Assembly (NCBI GenBank): GCA_964016885.1
Contig: OZ024761.1
Span: forward strand, 18,414,001 to 18,478,000
DNA: 64,000 bases
From: Eledone cirrhosa
Lineage: Eukaryota
Reading direction: 5' to 3'
Below the pieces are notes generated by a model, which was not told where the DNA came from, did not search any database, and saw only the letters and a program-made list of their open reading frames with translations. Each line of letters begins with the position of its first letter. Position 1 is the stretch's first letter. Positions 27,186 to 39,620 of this stretch are shown one piece after another. The translations under genes and the position numbers were made by a program.

Positions 27186-27446
27186 TCATCATCATCGCCG
27201 TTTTACTTCCATTCTTCCACGCTAGCATGGGTTAGACAGGTTGTCCTGTTGTGGGCAATGCCAGGTCAGGTGACCATGTCTTGCTCATACAGAACTGGTT
27301 CTGACGTGATTTCTGCAGCTGGATGCCCTTCCTAATCACAACCTCATTTACAGTGAGTATGAGGTGCATCTTTACCGTGGCGCCTACACGATTACACTAG
27401 TGTGGACTGGGTGATTTTTTGTTGTGACACCTACATGACCACTTTA

Positions 27447-27450
<4 letters not shown>
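27186..27450 (-). mobile_element. SINE family A, 3' part
   Basis: Inverted homolog of 26866-27137. Confidence 0.8.
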
Positions 27451-27480
<30 letters not shown>

Positions 27481-27501
27481 ATGTGTATATATATATATAT
27501 A

Positions 27502-27788
27502 AATTCTCAGAACGGGTGATGTGTTGTTTCCTTGAGCAAGACACTTTATTTCACATTGCTCCAGTTTACTCAGCTGTAGAAATGAGATGATAGGGACTGG
27601 GTCCCTATCATTCCACTGCAAAGTGGTCGTGGAGGTGCCACGGCAAAAAAGCACCCAGCACTCACTGTAAATGAGGTTGGTGTTAGGAAGGGCATCCAGC
27701 TGTAGAAATCAAGCCAGCATCAGTTCCCGTCCCACCCTTGCAAGCAGGGAAAAGTGGACGTAAAATGAAATGATGATGAAATGATGAA
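27502..27788 (+). mobile_element. SINE family A, 5'-truncated
   Basis: Near-identical to 20365-20643. Confidence 0.85.
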
Positions 27789-27805
27789 ATATATATATAT
27801 ATATC

Positions 27806-28056
27806 ATCACAGAAAAAAAAAGAATTAGTGTTGCGACGAATGGAATTTATTGGACATTTACAATCGTTTCTCTGGCAACCAGCTCGATCGTGCCTTGAGC
27901 TGGTGGTCGCCAGAGAAGATTGTAATATGTCCAATAAATTCCATTTGTCGCAACACTGATTCTTTTATTTTCTGTGATATCATACTCTGCTCTATGAGAG
28001 CATCAAGTGCTCAAACAGCCTACCACATACGGACGCTTTAAGCACCCAACACCAAT
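27806..28056 (+). mobile_element. Penelope-like fold-back element in (TA)n
   Basis: ~75-bp imperfect IR ending at 27978; minus-strand GAAACGATTGTA plus AATAAA (hammerhead 3' half); tail starting ACTCT. Confidence 0.7.
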
Positions 28057-28082
28057 TATATATATATATATATATAGATATG

Positions 28083-28786
28083 TTTCTTTTATTTGCCACC
28101 AGTGCATCAAAAGTGGGACAAGTACAATGGGGGGAGTTTACAAAACAAGGCGTCCTCAATAAGGAGGAGGCAATAACAATATATAAAAATAAAATAAAAT
28201 TTATAACAAAGTCCTCAATAGAGAGGAGGCGCCTTGGGGGGTTGCACACACCCCCGAAAAAAGTGTGCAACCCTTCTCCTCAGAAGCACAGAGAAGGGGT
28301 GCTCCCTTGGTCTTTCATCTTCCTCACCTATAGTCTGATGTAGAGTGAAGGCCCATTCACACGGGCCATTCTCGCCACTTTCACCCATCTTTCATAGAAA
28401 CGGCTGGGGTGCAGCACCTCTCTCTCCATCCTGATTCTTCTTCCGAAATGATATCGGAAGAATATATATATATATAGATAGATAGATGGATAGATAGATA
28501 AATTTCTTTATTAGCCACAAGGGCACAAAAGAAGGGGACAAATACAAATGGGGAGTTTACATACAGGTATATGAAAATAAAACTATTAAATACAATAACA
28601 AATAACAATTGAAATCCCCAATAGGAGGGAGGTGTTACACAGGGGTTGTACACACCCCGAAAAAATGTACAACCCTCATCTCCAGGAGCACCAAGAGTGA
28701 GTACTCCCTTCCTCTCTTCCTCTTTTTCCTCAACCTACAGGCTTATATAGAGAGAAGGCCCAACCACTCAGGCCATCTTTGCCACA
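28083..28786 (-). mobile_element. Two tandem 3' ends of an L1/Tx1-like LINE
   Basis: Minus frame FRYHFGRRIRMEREVLHPSRFYERWVKVARMARVNGPSL*; both copies end GTGGC(A/T)AATAA(A)GAAA in TA/GATA repeats. Clade assignment is by recognition. Confidence 0.55.
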
Positions 28787-28917
28787 TAGATAGATAGATA
28801 GATAGATAGATACGTACAAAGTTACCCTACAGTCCGTAGGCACCTCTTAACCAAATATACACCCCAACCCACTACCCCTACTCCATCCTCCCACTGCCAC
28901 CAACACAACTCTTTCTC

Positions 28918-29172
28918 TGTAAAGTTATGTTGGTACCACAACATCCAGTCCAAACTAAAGGGGTCGTGTAGGTGTCACGACAAAAAAAAACACCCAGTCC
29001 ACGCTGTAAAGTGGTCGTGTAGGAGTCATGGTAAAAAAGCTCCCAGTCCACACTGTAAATGTGGTTGGTGTTAGGAAGGGCATCCAGCCATAGAAAACCT
29101 GCCAGGGACAGTCCTCTACGAGCGAGACAGTCACCCGATCAATCTTGCCTCAAGTAGGACAATTCCCGTCTA
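28918..29172 (+). mobile_element. SINE A-related subfamily
   Basis: Reverse-complement homolog of 12268-12572. Confidence 0.7.
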
Positions 29173-29374
29173 ATACATATATATAGTAGTACAAACTTAG
29201 TATAATATCCAAAGGCTTAGAGCACTCAGTCCATGGGACAAGTTATGTATAATCAGTTACAACAGTGTATATATATGTGTGTGTATGTATGTGTGTATAT
29301 ATGTACACTTATATCTATGTGAGTATATATCTATATATATATATATATGTTTGCTTGTGTGTGTATATACATAT

Positions 29375-29717
29375 CATCATTTTTTTTTCATTTCATTTTT
29401 ACGTTCGCTTTTTCCCTGCTTGCAAGGGTGGGACGGGAACTGATTCTGGCTTGATTTCTACAGTTGGATGCCCTTCCTAACACCAACCTCATTTACAGTG
29501 AGTGCTGGGTGCTTTTTTGCCGTAGCACCTCCACGACCACTTTGCAGTGGAATGATATGGACCCCAGTCCCTATCATCTCATTTCTACAGCTGAGTAAAC
29601 TGGAGCAATGTGAAATAAAGTGTCTTGCTGAAGGAAACAATACATCACCCGGTCTGAGAATTGAACTCACAACCTTTTGATTGCAAGGCCAATGCTCTAA
29701 CCACTAAGCCATGTGCC

Positions 29718-29718
<1 letters not shown>
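29375..29718 (-). mobile_element. SINE family A, full length
   Basis: A/B boxes, core and RTE-like tail. Confidence 0.85.
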
Positions 29719-29782
<64 letters not shown>

Positions 29783-30386
29783 AGATGGAGATGGAAAATT
29801 ACATCATATCAATCATTCTATAATTATTGTATCTGATGATCTTGGCCAAACTTTGATACAGTGGAGTAATTCTTTGGACGACTACTACTACTGCTGTTGC
29901 TACTACTGCTGCTGCTGCTGCTACTACTACTACTACTACTACTGATGCTGTTGCTAGTATCACCAGCAGTGGTGGAAGTGGTAATAGATGTATTGGTGGT
30001 GGTGGTGGTGGTCATAGATGTATTGGTGGTGGTGGTGGTGGTCATAGATGTATTGGTGGTGGTGGTGGTGGTGATAGATGTATTGGCGGTGGTGGTGGTG
30101 GTGGTGATAGATGTATTGGTGGTGGTAATAGATGTATTGGCGATGGTGGTGGTGGTGATAGATGTATTGGCGGTGGTGGTGGTGGTGGTGGTGGTGGTGA
30201 TAGATATATTGGCGGTGGTGGTGATGATAGATATATTGGCAGTGGTGGTGGTGGTGATGTTTATGTTGATTTTCTCTCTATTGATCCTGAGATGTGTATT
30301 AAACTTCAGGTTGAGAACTGATTGATTCAACGAATCAATACTTCTATATATATATACACACACATACATACATATACATACATATA

Positions 30387-30440
<54 letters not shown>

Positions 30441-30582
30441 TGTATATGTAGATATATATAAATATATATATATATACACACATACATATATATGTATATA
30501 TACATACATATATATATATATATACAAACACACATACATACACAAACACATACATACACAAACACACATGCATACATACATA

Positions 30583-30772
30583 TAATTGTTTCTACTTTTG
30601 GCACAAGGCCAGTAATTATCCCAGTGTATTACTGGTACTTTATTTTATCGACCCCCGTAAGGATGAAAGGCAAAGTTCACCTTGGTGGGATTTGAACTCA
30701 GATTGTAAAGAGACGTAACTGTGCTGCAAGGCATGGCGTCCGACCCTCTACCAATACTGCCAATCCACCACG
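30583..30772 (-). mobile_element. SINE family B
   Basis: Homolog of 1229-1415. Confidence 0.8.
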
Positions 30773-31076
30773 CTCATGCATACATACATGTAATGGCTGC
30801 ATCTCAGTTTTGAGAATTGCCATCCCTTGACCTTTTTCTCATACATGGGTGGCATAAACATGAAGTTTCAGCCCTGCCAAGGACTTAGATTCCTTTCTGT
30901 ATATGCGACCAATCTTGCCTCAAGTGGGACAAAACTGTCCAACCCATGCTAGCGTGGAAGATGGACATTAAACGATGATGATGATATATATATCTATATA
31001 TATGAAATGGTATGAAATGGTATATATATATGAAATGGTATATATTTTGTCTGGTGATTCTATAGACATGTTTTTA

Positions 31077-31124
<48 letters not shown>

Positions 31125-31439
31125 TGGCTGCCAACTCGTTTTCAAGTACGGCCACTACTTTATATACATGTAGGAGAACCCCTACCGAAGCGCTGAACGA
31201 GTGTGACTTTTTAGTCCAGCCAGCGACTTGAAAACTCTGGTACAAACACTACACCTGTGACAATTATTGACACATAGTGCTGGGACCATGGTACCATGTG
31301 GCAACAAGTGCAGAGAGATCTCCAGATATAAAGCAATGCCTGTGCCGTGAAGCTTTTATAGTGAGCAAAGGCACTGCACAAAGCCAGTCCCACTCTCTTA
31401 ACCAAGATGATATTTACCAAAAAGAAGAACAAGTCAACA

Positions 31440-31730
31440 TCATTGGATACCATCAGGGTTGCAGGTGTTATATCAGAGTTTTCCTTTTCCTAGAATTCTG
31501 CCTTGACAAAGGCTAAGGGGTCATCTCTCCCGGTGATTTTGGATGGCCATTGACTCTTAAGAGTTCCTTTGCCCTTTGACAGGTTTTGTTTTTAGTCCTG
31601 CAGGATGTTCAAAGCCACCCTCCTCACCAAGAAACCTTGGTGGGGTTGCCAGTTTAGTCGCCAACGACCCGACCATGAGGCAGGTTGTACTGGGATACAT
31701 GTTACCAGTAGCACCAACTGGTGACCTGAC
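31440..31730 (-). mobile_element. Probable RTE-type 5' UTR fragment
   Basis: Minus strand has GGCAGAATTCTAGGAAAAGGAAAACTCTGA, resembling RTE leaders; recognition only. Confidence 0.35.
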
Positions 31731-31748
31731 ATACATATATATACATAC

Positions 31749-31807
<59 letters not shown>

Positions 31808-32206
31808 TAATAGGAAAAGAGTCAGGACCCCTAAGTATTGAGTACTCTGGTGCGTAATGGTCCACCTGGTTCCTTACCACACCTTTGTTATATATATATA
31901 TATATATATATTTAGATAGATAGTCCTTGCTGGAGTGAGGTGTGGAAGGCCCATCTAACCCATGCCAGCATGGAAAAATGGACGCTAAATGGTGATGATG
32001 ATGATGATGATGATATGTACACATACATGTATGTGTAGATATGATATATATCCATCTCAATGAATGTCTAGCTATATATATATACACATTGATTGTTACT
32101 GTCTACTGGTTTATTACAAAATGAATTATATATACAGTTGTGTAGAGTTTCGTAATACCCTCTCCCTTCAGCCAGCTCTATCTCTCTCTCTCATGTATAC
32201 ACACAC

Positions 32207-32237
<31 letters not shown>

Positions 32238-32294
32238 TATATATATACACACACACACATATATATATATATACACACACACATATATATAAAT

Positions 32295-32325
<31 letters not shown>

Positions 32326-32344
32326 CACACATATATATATATAT

Positions 32345-32395
<51 letters not shown>

Positions 32396-32432
32396 TATAT
32401 ATATATACACACACACACATATGTATATATAT

Positions 32433-32463
<31 letters not shown>

Positions 32464-32596
32464 CACACACACATATATATATATACACATACACACACAT
32501 ATATATATACACACACACATATATACATATATATATATATATAATTGGAAAACAGTAAAATCGAATCTCTGGCGGTTTGCAAGTAAATTCAGCCTA

Positions 32597-32659
<63 letters not shown>

Positions 32660-32694
32660 ATATAAGATCAAAAGATGGTTAAAAGAGTTCCAAG

Positions 32695-32765
32695 TATTTT
32701 ATTATGCGCATTTCAAAAACAAATATCATCATGGGATGACATCTGTGTTCTCATCAGATAAAATA
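32695..32765 (-). ncRNA. Type I hammerhead ribozyme
   Basis: TATTTTAT-CTGATGA-stem II-GAAATGCGCATA-ATAAAATA. Confidence 0.85.
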
Positions 32766-32949
32766 GGGAGACATGATATGAAGCTTAAAAGACACTTGTG
32801 AATAGTGAAGTTTTAAACCAACATATGAAAAATAAATTAAGATTGATACAGAAACATATACATATTAATTTAATTTAATTTATTTTTCATATGTTGATTT
32901 AAAACTTCACTATTCACAAGTGTCTTTTAAGCTTCATATCATGTCTCCC

Positions 32950-33020
32950 TATTTTATCTGATGAGAACGCAGATGTCATCCCATGATGATATTTGTTTTT
33001 GAAATGCGCATAATAAAATA
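32950..33020 (+). ncRNA. Type I hammerhead ribozyme
   Basis: Stem I 32950-32957 / 33013-33020, CTGATGA 32958-32964, GAAA 33001-33004, predicted cut after 33012. Confidence 0.85.
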
Positions 33021-33141
33021 CTTGGAACTCTTTTAACCATCTTTTGATCTTATATTATTTATACTCCAGTCCTACAAACTGTAGAGTGCTACTTATCCGA
33101 TATTTGCATTGCTGTATTGTGCTACAATAAAACTCACCTCC

Positions 33142-33176
<35 letters not shown>

Positions 33177-33177
33177 G

Positions 33178-33637
33178 GATATGTGTTCCTACACGCACAA
33201 GGCGCTAAGGGACACATGTATTGTCCAACCATATGCCAATGTGGTTCAATGGCAGGTTAATAAATTAACGAGCCAGAACATATATAATCAAGGTTTAGCA
33301 AATAATGAAAAAGTTTCAAAATAAATTTTAAAAAATTGACTTTACCTACTATGGTTACCTTTACCGAATCGGTTTCGAATCTCAAAAATAAACGGAGACC
33401 ATACGGCCTTCGTTGCAAAGAAAGATTCTCGTCAGAAGGTTCTTTTCATTCGAAGAATATAAAATTCTTGAATTTAAATTACGAACTAGCGCTATCCAAA
33501 ACTGTTCCCGAGATGAGAGTAAATGAAGTGGAATCAATTTTTTCAAGGGCCGAAGTAAAGGTAACCATAGTAGGTAACAAGTCAATTTTTTAAAATTTAT
33601 TTTGAAACTTTTTCATTATTTGCTAAACCTTGATTAT
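33178..33637 (-). mobile_element. Penelope-like fold-back element in (TA)n
   Basis: ~80-bp IR (33284-33364 / 33555-33637) with a ~100-nt tail on the left. Confidence 0.8.
33357..33440 (-). ncRNA. Type I hammerhead ribozyme with expanded loop II
   Basis: ACCTT-CTGACGA-GAATCT...AGATTC-GAAACCG att CGGTA-AAGGT. Confidence 0.85.
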
Positions 33638-33659
33638 ATATATATATATATATATATAT

Positions 33660-35110
33660 ATGGTGGAGATGATAGTAGAGTTGATGGTAATGGTTGTGAT
33701 GGTGGCGTTGTTGTTGGTGGTTTGGGTGAGGATGATGATGGTGTTGTCAAGGTATTATTGATGATAATGCTGGTGTTTGTGATGGTGATGATGTTGGTGT
33801 TGTTGTAGTTGCTGATGTCAGTGGTGGTGATGTTGGTGGTGGTGATGGTGGTGGTGGTGTTGTTGGTGGTGGTGGTGGTGTTGTTGGTGGTAATCTTGTA
33901 GATTGAGATGTTGGTGGTGTGGATGATGGTCATAATGGTGGTGGCAGTGTTCTTATTATTTGTGGTGGTGGTGGTGGTGGTTTGTTGTTGGAGATGATGA
34001 TGATGGTGGTGATGGTGGCGATGTTGTTGGGATGATGGTTATGGTGGTGGTGGTGGTGATTTGTTGTTGGAGATGGTGGTGGTGGTGGCGATGTTGTTGG
34101 GGATGATGGTGGTGGTGGTGGTGGTGGTGGTGATTTGTTGTTGGAGATGGTGGTGGTGGTGGTGATTTGTTGTTGGAGATGGTGGTGGTGGTGGTGGTGG
34201 TAATAGCATTGTTATTATTAATGGTGATGGTGGTGTGAGGGAAGGTGAAGGGGGAGAGGGGTTAATTGATTTAAATAAAAAAAAAAAACCCTACTGATTT
34301 ATTAGACAGATAGTTGGCTCCAGCCTATCTTTAAAGGGCCACTTCATTCTCTCCCACCCCCTCGTCTACCCACCTCCCACACATATAATACTGTTTATCT
34401 CCACCCCCACTCCACCCCCACCCCCTGCCCCACCCACCAACATAGCCTGGATTTCTTTTGTAAAGAAAAAAAAGATGATTAAAAAAATATTAAAGTATTG
34501 GTTAATATATTTTATTGTGGTTGTTGTAGTTGTTGTTGTGGTTGTTGTTGTAGTGGTGGTTGTTGTAGTGGTTGTTATGGTTGCTGTTGTTGTTGTGGTT
34601 GTTGTTGTAGTGGTGGTTGCTGTTGTTGTTGTAGTGGTGGTGGTTGTTGTTGTAGTGGTGGTTGCTGTTGTTGTTGTAGTGGTGGTTGTTGTTGTTGTTG
34701 TTGTAGTGGTGGTTGCTGTTGTTGTTGTAGTGGTGGTGGCTGTAGTGGTGGTGGTTGTTGTTGTAGTGGTGGTTGCTGTTGTTGTAGTGGTGGTGGTTGC
34801 TGTTGTTGTTGTAGTGGTGGTGGTGGTTGTTGTTGTAGTGGTGGTTGCTATTGTTGTTGTAGCGGTGGTGGTTGTTGTAGTTGTTGTTATGGTTGTTGTT
34901 ATAGTGGTCGTTATGGTTGTTGTTGTAGTGGTGGTTGCTGTTGTTGTTGTAGTTGTTATTGTGGTGGTTGTTGTTGTGGTGGTTGTTGTTATTGTGGCTT
35001 TTGTTGTGGCTGTTGGTGTTGCTGCTGTAGTTGTTGGTGTTGTAGCTGTTGTTGTGGTTGTTGGTGGTTATTACTGTTCATGTTGTTGTTGTTGTTCACG
35101 CTGTAGTTGT
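33660..35110. repeat. GTG/GTT trinucleotide tracts around a short unique island
   Basis: Direct inspection. Confidence 0.85.
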
Positions 35111-35289
35111 TGTAGCTCAGTATCTAAGCTGATATTCTACTTAACCAACACAAGTATTACAATACTGGGCTTCTCCTGGTTCTCTATCTTCTCACTTCAA
35201 ATCCTATTCACATCAACTTTCATTCCTATCCTCCTGGGGTGATTAATACAAAGAAGTATTGGTTTGGTGCAGTTGTTAGAATGTTGGGC

Positions 35290-36650
35290 TGTCTGTTTAG
35301 CTATCTCTCCGTCTCTCTCTCTGTCCATCTGTCTCTCTGTCCATCTGTCTATGTCTGTTCATCTATCTGTCTGTCCATCTGTCTCTCTGTCCATCTGTCT
35401 CTCTGTCCATGTGTCCATCTGTCTGTGTCCATCTGTCACTCTGTCCATCTGTCTCTCTGTCCATCTGTCTCTCTGTCCATCTGTCTATCTGTCCATCTGT
35501 CTGTGTCTGTTCATCTATCTGTCTGTCCATCTGTCTCTCTGTCCATCTGTCTCTCTGTCCATGTGTCCATCTGTCTGTGTCCATCTGTCACTCTGTCCAT
35601 CTGTCTCTCTGTCCATCTGTCTCTCTGTCCATCTGTCTATCTGTCCATCTGTCTGTGTCTGTTCATCTATCTGTCTGTCCATGTGTCTGTCTGTCTGTCC
35701 ATCTGTCCATCTGTCCGTCCATATGTCTATGTGTCTGTCCATGTCTATGTGTCCATCTATCGATCTATGTGTCCATCTGTCTCTGTCCATCTGTCTCTCT
35801 GTCCATCTGTCTTTCTGTCCATCTGTCCATCTATCTCTCTGTCCATCTGTCTCTCTGTCCATCTGTCTCTCTGTCCATCTGTCTATCTGTCTGTCTGTCC
35901 ATGTGTCTGTCCATCTATCTCTCTGTCCATCTGTCTTTCTGTCCATCTGTCTATTTGTCCATCTGTCTATCTGTCTCTCTGTCCATCTGTCTATCTGTCC
36001 ATTTGTCTATCTGTCCATCTGTCTCTCTGTCCATCTGTCTTTCCGTCCATCTGTCTCTCTGTCTTTCTGTCCATCTGTCTGGCTGTCCATCTGTCTGGCT
36101 GTCCATCTGTCCATCTGTCTCTCTGTCTCTCTGTCTGGCTGTCCATCTGTCTTTCTGTCCATCTGTCTCTCTGTCCATCTGTCTCTCTGTCCATCTGTCT
36201 GGCTGTCCATCTGTCTGTCTGTCCATCTGTCTCTCTGTCTCTCTGTCTGTCTGTCCATCTGTCCATCTGTCTCTCTGTCCATCTGTCTGTCTGTCCATCT
36301 GTCCATCTGTCTGTCCATGTATCTATCTATTCATCTGTCTGTCTAGCTGTCTCTCTGTCCATCTGTCTCTCTGTCCATCTGTCTGTCCATGTCCATCTGT
36401 CTTTCTGTCCATGTATCTATCTGTCCATCTGTCTGTCCATCTGTCCATCTGTCTGTCCATGTATCTATCTGTCCATCTGTCTGTCCATCTGTCCATCTGT
36501 CTGCCCATGTATCTATCTATTCATCTGTCTGTCTGTCCATCTGTCTGTGTGTCTGCCTGTCATTCTACCTACCCCTATATCATCTGTAAGTCACCTGTCT
36601 CTATGTCTGCCTATCTACCTCTCCGTCCGTGTCTGTCTGTCTGTCTCTCT
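35290..36650. repeat. (TCTG/TCCA)-based minisatellite
   Basis: CTGTCCATCTGTCTCT units. Confidence 0.95.
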
Positions 36651-36777
36651 TGTTGTTTACTCCAATACTTCACTAACATAATGGTAGAATCTCTCTCTTT
36701 CTTTGTCTTTTTCTTCATTCTCTCTGTCTTTCTCCCCTTTCTTTCCTTATTTCTCTCTCTCTTTCCTTCTTTCTTTC

Positions 36778-36842
<65 letters not shown>

Positions 36843-37042
36843 GTGCCATTTCAGTTGCCAAATTTGTCAACTATGTGTGTCAAAGGTCAATGGTCACATT
36901 ACCAAAATTACATAACTCTGACATTTCTTCACACTGCCCGTCTTGGTGTGTATCACTACCCCACCCACCTCCAGCATGTTTATGAAACTGGCAGGGAAGG
37001 GCTGGGGAGGTTTTTCATAATTCAGAGCAAAACAAAAATACA

Positions 37043-37087
<45 letters not shown>

Positions 37088-37329
37088 GTCTGTGTATTTG
37101 TTTGTGTTGTGTTGTATATGTCTGCCTGTTTGTGTGTGTGCATGTATATGTTTCTGTATGTGTGTGTGTCTCTGTATGTATGTGTTAATGAGTTTCTGTT
37201 TGCGGATGTGTGTGAGGAGAGAGAGAAAGGGAGAAGCATAGAGAGACAGACACAAAGATAATATGCATGTGAAAGAGAGAGAGAGAGTGAGAGGGACAGA
37301 GAAAACAAGACACTGGGAGAGACAATGTG

Positions 37330-37368
<39 letters not shown>

Positions 37369-37566
37369 AGAGTCTGTGTGTGTCGATGTAAAAGAAAGAA
37401 AGTTAAACAGATCTTTCAAGATATTTTAAAATATTTCATTACAGAATATATTAAAATAATTTTATTTTGTTTTTCTTAAACAAAATAGACATTGTTGTAC
37501 TACATAGTCTAGAAGAATTGCTGGAGTTACTAACATATTTGGGTTTTAATATATATATATATATAT

Positions 37567-37627
37567 CCCCGTCCAAACCCATGCAAGCGTGGAATATGGA
37601 CGTTAAACGATGATGATGATGATGATG

Positions 37628-37659
<32 letters not shown>

Positions 37660-37854
37660 AGGTAACACGGTAAAAAGCTCCCAGTCCCACACTGTAAATG
37701 TGGTTGGTGTTAGGAAGGGCATCCAGCTGTAGAAAACCTGCCAGACAGTCCTATGCGAGCAAGACAACCACTCTTGCCCCAAGTCGGAAAACTCCCGTCC
37801 AAACCCATGCAAGCGTGGAATGTGGACGTTAAACGATGCTGATGATGATGATGA

Positions 37855-37857
<3 letters not shown>
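37567..37857 (+). mobile_element. SINE A-related 3' fragments (two)
   Basis: CCCGTCCAAACCCATGCAAGCGTGGAA..GGACGTTAAACG(ATG)n tail occurs twice. Confidence 0.75.
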
Positions 37858-37884
<27 letters not shown>

Positions 37885-37885
<1 letters not shown>

Positions 37886-38286
37886 ACGGCGATGAATTAG
37901 TTTTGCGAGGTTTTTGATATGAAATCGTGTGTCGAAACAAATATTGTTAAACTTGGGGAGGGTCATATTTGTGTAATAATATTGCCAGAATTAATAACAG
38001 ACTAAATAAAGATGGCGTAGGCATGCAATGCAACGGGAGGAAACATAATAGCACCACAGATGTGCAATGAAAGAACTTTGTTAGACTATATAGACTATAT
38101 ATATGTGTTTGTGTCTATATTGTATCTGTATTTTTTACCTTTGGTCAGTCAATGGCAACATTGAGGACCGAATAAATTAAATTAACCGATATAAAAGGCA
38201 CAGAAGTGAAAACCAACCAAACAGTGAGTGTGTTCTGTTATTAATTCTAGCAATATTATTACACAAATATGACCCTCCCCAAGTAT

Positions 38287-38293
<7 letters not shown>
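37885..38293 (-). mobile_element. Fold-back element related to family E
   Basis: ~60-bp IR ending ATGACCCTCCCCAAGTATAACAATA; tail similar to 42065-42122; (TA)n flanks. Confidence 0.7.
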
Positions 38294-38329
<36 letters not shown>

Positions 38330-38469
38330 CACACACACAACACACACATTACTTTACAATTAATCCTATGCTTGTGCTCCAAATGGATTTATTAATGAGA
38401 TCGAAATAATTGGATATCGATCTAAACTCCTATTATTATATATAGAGAGATATATATAATAATGATAAT

Positions 38470-38795
38470 AGGGTGGTGGGTTGGCAGTATAGGTAGAACA
38501 TCAGACAACATGCTTTGTGGCATAGAGTTATGGCCCTTTACATCCTGAGTTCAAATCCCTGTCATCCTTACAGGGTCGATAAAATAAAGTCTATTTCCCC
38601 AAAATTGTTGGCCTTGTGACTAAATCAGTATCGGTAGAGGGCCGGGCGCCATGCTTTGAAGTATAAAGTTATCTCCCTTTATGATCTGAGTTCAAATCCC
38701 GCCGAGGTTAACTTTGCCTTTCATCCTTACGGGGTCAATAAAATAAAGTACCACTGGGATAATTGCTGGCTTTGTGCCAAAAGTAGAAACAATTA
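38470..38795 (+). mobile_element. Two tandem SINE family B copies
   Basis: GAGTTCAAATCCC and CATCCTTAC(A/G)GGGTC occur twice. Confidence 0.75.
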
Positions 38796-38984
38796 TTATT
38801 ATTTTATATATATATGGTAGTGAAATATGGGTTTGACTGCAGATGACATGAATAGATTGGGAAAAAAGGAAACAACCATGCTTTGTTGGGTCTCCTGATA
38901 AGTTTGAACAGAATGAGGTGAGAGAACTCTGGCCAGATACAACCAGTTTAAATGCTAAAGGGTTAAAACCTTCCAAATACTTCA

Positions 38985-39620
38985 TCATTTTCAAAATTGC
39001 TGAAGCATAGAACAAACTACCTACATCAGTTGTTAGCTGTCGGGGCACTGCATCCCTTAAAACCTCCATGGAACAAACTACCTGCATCAGTTGTTAGCTG
39101 CTGAGACACTGCATCCTTTAAAACCTCCATGGAACAAACTACCTACATCAGTTGTTAGCTGTCAAAACACTGCATCCTTTAAAACCTCCATGGGACAAAC
39201 TACCTACATCAGTTGTTAGCTGTCAAGACACTGCATCCTTTAAAACCTCCATGGAACAAACTCCCGGCATCAGTTGTTAGCTGTCGAGACACTGCATCCT
39301 TTAAAACCTCCATGGAACAAACTACCTGCATCAGTTGTTAGCTGTCGAGATACTGCATCCTTTAAAACCTCCATGGAACAAACTACCTGCATCAGTTGTT
39401 AGCTGTCGAGATACTGCATCCTTTAAAACCTCCATGCTTCCTGAGATTCGCCAACACTACACCTAATGTTCCCCCTCCATACACACACATATATATATCA
39501 TGACTCCTACACTATTCACTTCCCTGACATTTGTACATTATTCTATGTACTATGCATACACCTTTGATGAGTTGTAGTACACCTGAGCACTGTACACAAT
39601 AATTTCATTATTATTATTAA
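38985..39620 (+). mobile_element. CR1-like LINE 3' end containing a 61-bp x7 tandem array (39011-39436)
   Basis: Unit translates WNKLPASVVSCRDTASFKTS; the 3' UTR ends in (ATT)n; a second 3' end lies at ~63600-63681 (minus). Confidence 0.75.

Larger units (their letters stand above)
32657..33145 (+). mobile_element. Penelope-like fold-back element (family A1) with hammerheads on both strands
   Basis: ~185-bp arms (32657-32840 / 32875-33058), ~85-nt tail, (TA)n on both sides. Confidence 0.85.

Noticed and set aside
29833-29860. CTGATGA motif (also at ~43595)
   Set aside because: No stem II/GAAA geometry; not a hammerhead.
31600-31730. HDV-like or twister ribozyme in the RTE-like leader (minus strand)
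   Set aside because: Several hairpins and a GACTAA motif are present, but I could not fit the nested double-pseudoknot order by eye; needs a covariance-model search.
34498-35106. Cys/Gly keratin-associated- or metallothionein-like ORF
   Set aside because: GTT/GGT trinucleotide tract.
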